Notes under the pieces: generated by a model
What the model was told of the DNA's origin: nothing
What the model saw: the letters and a program-made list of their open reading frames with translations, nothing else
Database searches by the model: none
Made by a program: the position numbers and the translations under genes
In this document: in pieces, positions 60,113-64,000 of the stretch
How positions within the stretch are numbered: position 1 is the stretch's first letter
Layout of the letters: each line of letters starts with the position of its first letter
Origin: Octopus sinensis
Lineage: Eukaryota
DNA: 64,000 nt
Assembly (NCBI RefSeq): GCF_006345805.1
Contig: NC_042998.1
Span: 90,396,001 to 90,460,000, forward strand
Reading direction: 5' to 3'

Positions 60113-61653
60113 GATACGCAAATCTCAACAAAGGCAACAGCTGCATGACTTCATAGATTCAAAGTGGTCTGGACAACGAAACAGCCCTGATGTTCAAAGA
60201 AAGAATTATCGTAATAAAAGAGGATCGCGAGGTGGAACTCGTGGTCGACTTGGAGATTATGAAGAAAATAGGAGAGATTATTTGGAAAATAATGGACAAG
60301 GAGAGTATGTGGATAATAAACGAGAATATCGTGAAATTCGACATGAGGTAACTGATAACCATTGGGACCAGCCTGAAACGAGGAGAACTTGTATTGACAA
60401 TAGAGGAGATTCTGAAGAAATTCCTAAACAGAACTTTGTAGAAAAAAAATTGGAAGACACTGAAACCAAGCAGGAGGTTACTGAGAAATGGCAGCCCTCT
60501 GAAGACAGCAAACAAGAGATAATTGAGAAACCTAAAGAGGAAGAGTGCCATTTGAAAAAGGAATCTGGTAATGACGGGAAAGAAACTGTAGAGATTAAAA
60601 AGGAACCTGTGGAGATCAAACGTGATTATGGTGATAACAGGCGAGATTACAGTGATAATAGGCGCGATTACAGTGATAATAGGCGTGATTGCAGTGATAA
60701 TAGGCGAGATTATGGTGATAATAGGCGAGATCACATCGATAACAGGCGAAATCATGGTGACAATAGGCGAGACCATGGTGATAACAGGCGAGACCATGGT
60801 GATAACAGGCGAGACCATGGTGATAACAGGCGAGACCATGGTGACAATAGACGAGATTATGGTGACAATAGACGAGATTATGGTGATAATAGGCGAGATT
60901 ATGGTGATAACAGGCGAGATTATGGTGATAACCGGCGAGATTATGGTGATAACCGGCGAGATTATTGCGATAACAGAAGAGATTACGGTGATAGCAGGAG
61001 AAATTATGGAAACAATCACCGTGAAACTGTTGATAACCGACGTGATTTTAGTGACAACAGACGAGACTATGGTGACAGATCCTACAATGGTGAAACCAAA
61101 CCTAACCATAGCTACCGTACAAATGCTAGAGCTGGCCCACAACGTCAGTTTAGTAACCCTAGCTATAGAAATGATAACGGTGATAATCCAAAACTGGATT
61201 CTGAAAATTCAACAACTTATGGATTTAGAAAAAGTCCTGAAAACAACAATAATTTTAAAACCCATGAAAATAGAGTCTATAAAACTAACTATGAAAATGG
61301 ACACAGAAACATTGTTGACAACAGAGCTTACAGGAATACAGAGAGCAACAACTACTGTCATAGGAATAATTACGAAAATAAAAAGAGGACTCCTGATCGG
61401 AACTTCTCCCATGAAGAAGTTCATGATTCCATACCAAAACAAAAAGGTGCTGTGTTGAATAATGTTGAATTCAGTGGATCAGTTGTTACTGCCAATAATA
61501 GCATGGAAAAAAAATCTTACTCTAAGGACAGGCGTATAAAAGGAATTACACGTACACGTGTGCCAGCAGCACCACTTCCTGAAAATATGGAAGACCCTGA
61601 ACGGAATTCTTTCAATTTAGAAGCCATACCTGCAGATAACAAATCAGATCTGG
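60113..61653 (+). CDS. CASC3: CASC3 exon 7 (1541 nt, disordered, heptad repeat; phase 2 to 1)
   Basis: ttttattctAG acceptor. Open frame continuous with exon 6 (CA|G = Q). Donor G|GTAAAT at 61654. Downstream exons were not found in the window. Confidence 0.85.
60621..61082 (+). repeat. Coding minisatellite, 22 x 21 nt (RD[Y/H]GDNR)
   Basis: Counted from the translation, from RDYGDNR to RDYGDRS. Confidence 0.95.
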
Positions 61654-64000
61654 GTAAATTATTACTTTTTTCTTTTCTTTTTTTATTTATTTTGTTTTGA
61701 TGTGCAGAACAAATAATTGACAGAAAAGTGTGAATTCTATGTATGATATGAATTAACACTGGCACAATTATTTGTTTTATTAATATCCTTTTTAGATTCT
61801 TGTTAAATATCATAATTTATTTTCATCTCGATTGTATATGCACAGTGATTTAAGAAGATGCTTGTTTAAGTCCAGTTATTAAAACTCAGTGCAATACTCA
61901 TTCAAGTAAAGCCACAGTCATCTATCGTTCTTCCAGAAACTTAACTGCATAACCAAGGGTCTAGCCTTGTTAAATTATAAGGTCGCACAAGTATTGGGTT
62001 GAGTCATAAGACACAAGGATGTAAAACTTGCAATGCTACATTAACATGAATGTTATATCTCACCATTTTGTAGCTCTAACTTTTGGTATACTCTTATTTT
62101 CAAATACATTGTGATTGGGTATGGATTAGTTTTCAAACTCATGGTGTCTAGGCATAAATTAGCTTTCAAATTCAGTGTCTGGGTATTGTTTAAGTTTCAA
62201 GCTCTCTGTATTTGGATATCAATTAGTTTTCAAACTTGTGTTTGAAAATAGATTACCTTTCAACCTTATTGATTGATGTAGAAGTCATTTCCATCAGATT
62301 ACTTTTATTGTAACAAAATTTCTGAAAATCAAGCAAAAAGAACGATGATTCACTTTCCTTGCAGATTTACAAAATTACCAATTTGTGTTGGTTTGTTTGG
62401 TTTTCTTCAAAAGTTTCTGACATAGAAATCTGCTGAAGAAAATGATTCTAGAAGCATTAGAATAACTTTAAACATAACCTGAAAAAATAGTAAAGAAAAA
62501 GGATAGTTTGAGTTGAAATTCTAGTAATTACAGCTAATACATTTGCAATAAATGAGATAAAATGACCAGTAGATAAAAGCAATTATGTCAAAGTTTTGTG
62601 ATACGTATCATGCTTTGGTAAGTGTAGTGTTGTGTCTGGTAATAGTCAAGGAATTGTGGATAGGGGCAGTCATAGTAGGAGTATAGCATATAGATTCTAT
62701 TTTTGTTGTTAAGGTAGGGGTCACATTTGAGCTTTGTAGCATGCTAACAGATTTTTAGAATTCAAAAATTAAAGTTTCTTAAACTGGCCATATCTTTCTG
62801 TGAATTGCTGTTTTTATCTACTGGTCATTTTATCTTGTTTATTGTAAATGTATTATCTGTGCTATTCTTTCATGTTATGTTTAAAGTTACATTTTCCATT
62901 GTAAGATATGATTGTATGCCACTTGCAAACATATTTTTGTTCATGGAGTCATTAGTATTTGGAAATGTCAGCAGTATAGACAGAGATATCAGTATCTGGT
63001 AGGTCATATTCTAGCTACTTATGAAAGTGACATTTGCAACAAATATTTTTCATTCAAGTTGCTTACTGAAGATTTATTGCTGTTTATTTTCTATGTAAAA
63101 TCCTTGTTTTCTTAAGTTAAAACTTACTAGTATTAGTTGAGTTTATTTTCTGGGTTTCAATTTAAGATTGCAACTGAATTCTGACTTTATTTCCTAACTA
63201 AAACATACAATTCATTTGTGCAACCTTAAGTTCTGCTGTTCATCACTTTACCATTTCTCAGTAGATATCAGCCCATTGACAATTGTAAGCGTCTTGGCAT
63301 TTCTTACCAAGTTCTTTCACAAATACTTTGATGAGCCCCATATTTTAAGATATTTCTTGAATATGAGCTTTGTATGCTTGATTAGTCTCTCCTATTAATA
63401 CATGGCATTTGTACAATGTTGATTTGTTTTCATATAGTGTATTGAGCTAAATTTTACTTGTCATCATTATAAACCAGTAATGAAACCTTGCAGTAAAATA
63501 TGTATTCAAGTAAAGCCATAGCTGTTGGAGGTTCTTTACTTCTGGAAGCTTTATTGTATTTCATAACCCAAGCTTTCACATCAGTCTGTTAATCTTCTTA
63601 AATAGTATGATCATCAGGTTGAATCACATGACACACATGTAAGACAGGCAGCACAACATCATGAATGTTATATTTGTTTTCATTATTATAAGCAATTTGT
63701 ACAAGCCAGTCAATCTAGACTAACATATAACTTTAAGATTTACATGTCAATAATCATTTTTAGCTTTTAAAAGTTTTTAAAAAATATCTTGCCCATCTTA
63801 AATTTTTGTCTCAGACAAATTCTATTAAAACTTGCCAAAATATATAATTTTATTATAAAATTTTCTGAGATTGCTAACAATTAAATTTAATTTTGCTAAT
63901 TGAAAACATTGCAAGTCAAAAGTTTTGCAATATTTTGGTAACCTATTTGCTTTATTCATCAAGTTATGACAAAAGTAGCCTAGCATCCAAAATAGAGGCC

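Noticed and set aside
60621-61082. CRISPR-like array
   Set aside because: The units are contiguous 21-nt coding repeats without unique spacers, in a eukaryotic exon.
60159-61458. Overlapping ORFs of 327 aa (-) and 278 aa (+, alternate frame)
   Set aside because: These are expected shadows of a hydrophilic repeat exon poor in the Leu/Ile/Val/Ser codons that create out-of-frame stops. There is no independent splice or start support.
62350-62420. Candidate next CASC3 exon after tttccttgcAG
   Set aside because: The phase-1 frame gives an implausible hydrophobic peptide and stops after 18 codons.

Overview
AT-rich, microsatellite-dense animal genomic DNA. Its repeat landscape most resembles Octopus or another coleoid cephalopod (inference). 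One host gene is well supported: CASC3/MLN51/Barentsz, an exon junction complex subunit, on the + strand. Seven phase-consistent coding exons run from 37520 to 61653, and the gene continues past the window. Exon 7 carries a 22-unit RD(Y/H)GDNR heptad array. The rest is mostly mobile DNA: a near-intact 5'-truncated RTE-clade LINE with a PHD-type finger inside its RT region, older RTE and CR1 fragments, three decayed mariner elements, several tRNA-derived SINE families, an unclassified ~555-bp (AAT)n-tailed retroposon, Helentron-type (HINE/DINE-like) elements, and hAT, pogo and piggyBac-like MITEs. The most unusual signal is three distinct families of hammerhead-ribozyme-like motifs of the Penelope-like-element type. 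Two sit in ~400-bp foldback palindromes inside CASC3 introns, and one of those is fused to a tRNA-like head. No CRISPR array, rRNA gene or complete tRNA gene was seen. All coordinates were read by eye; boundaries of degenerate repeats are approximate.
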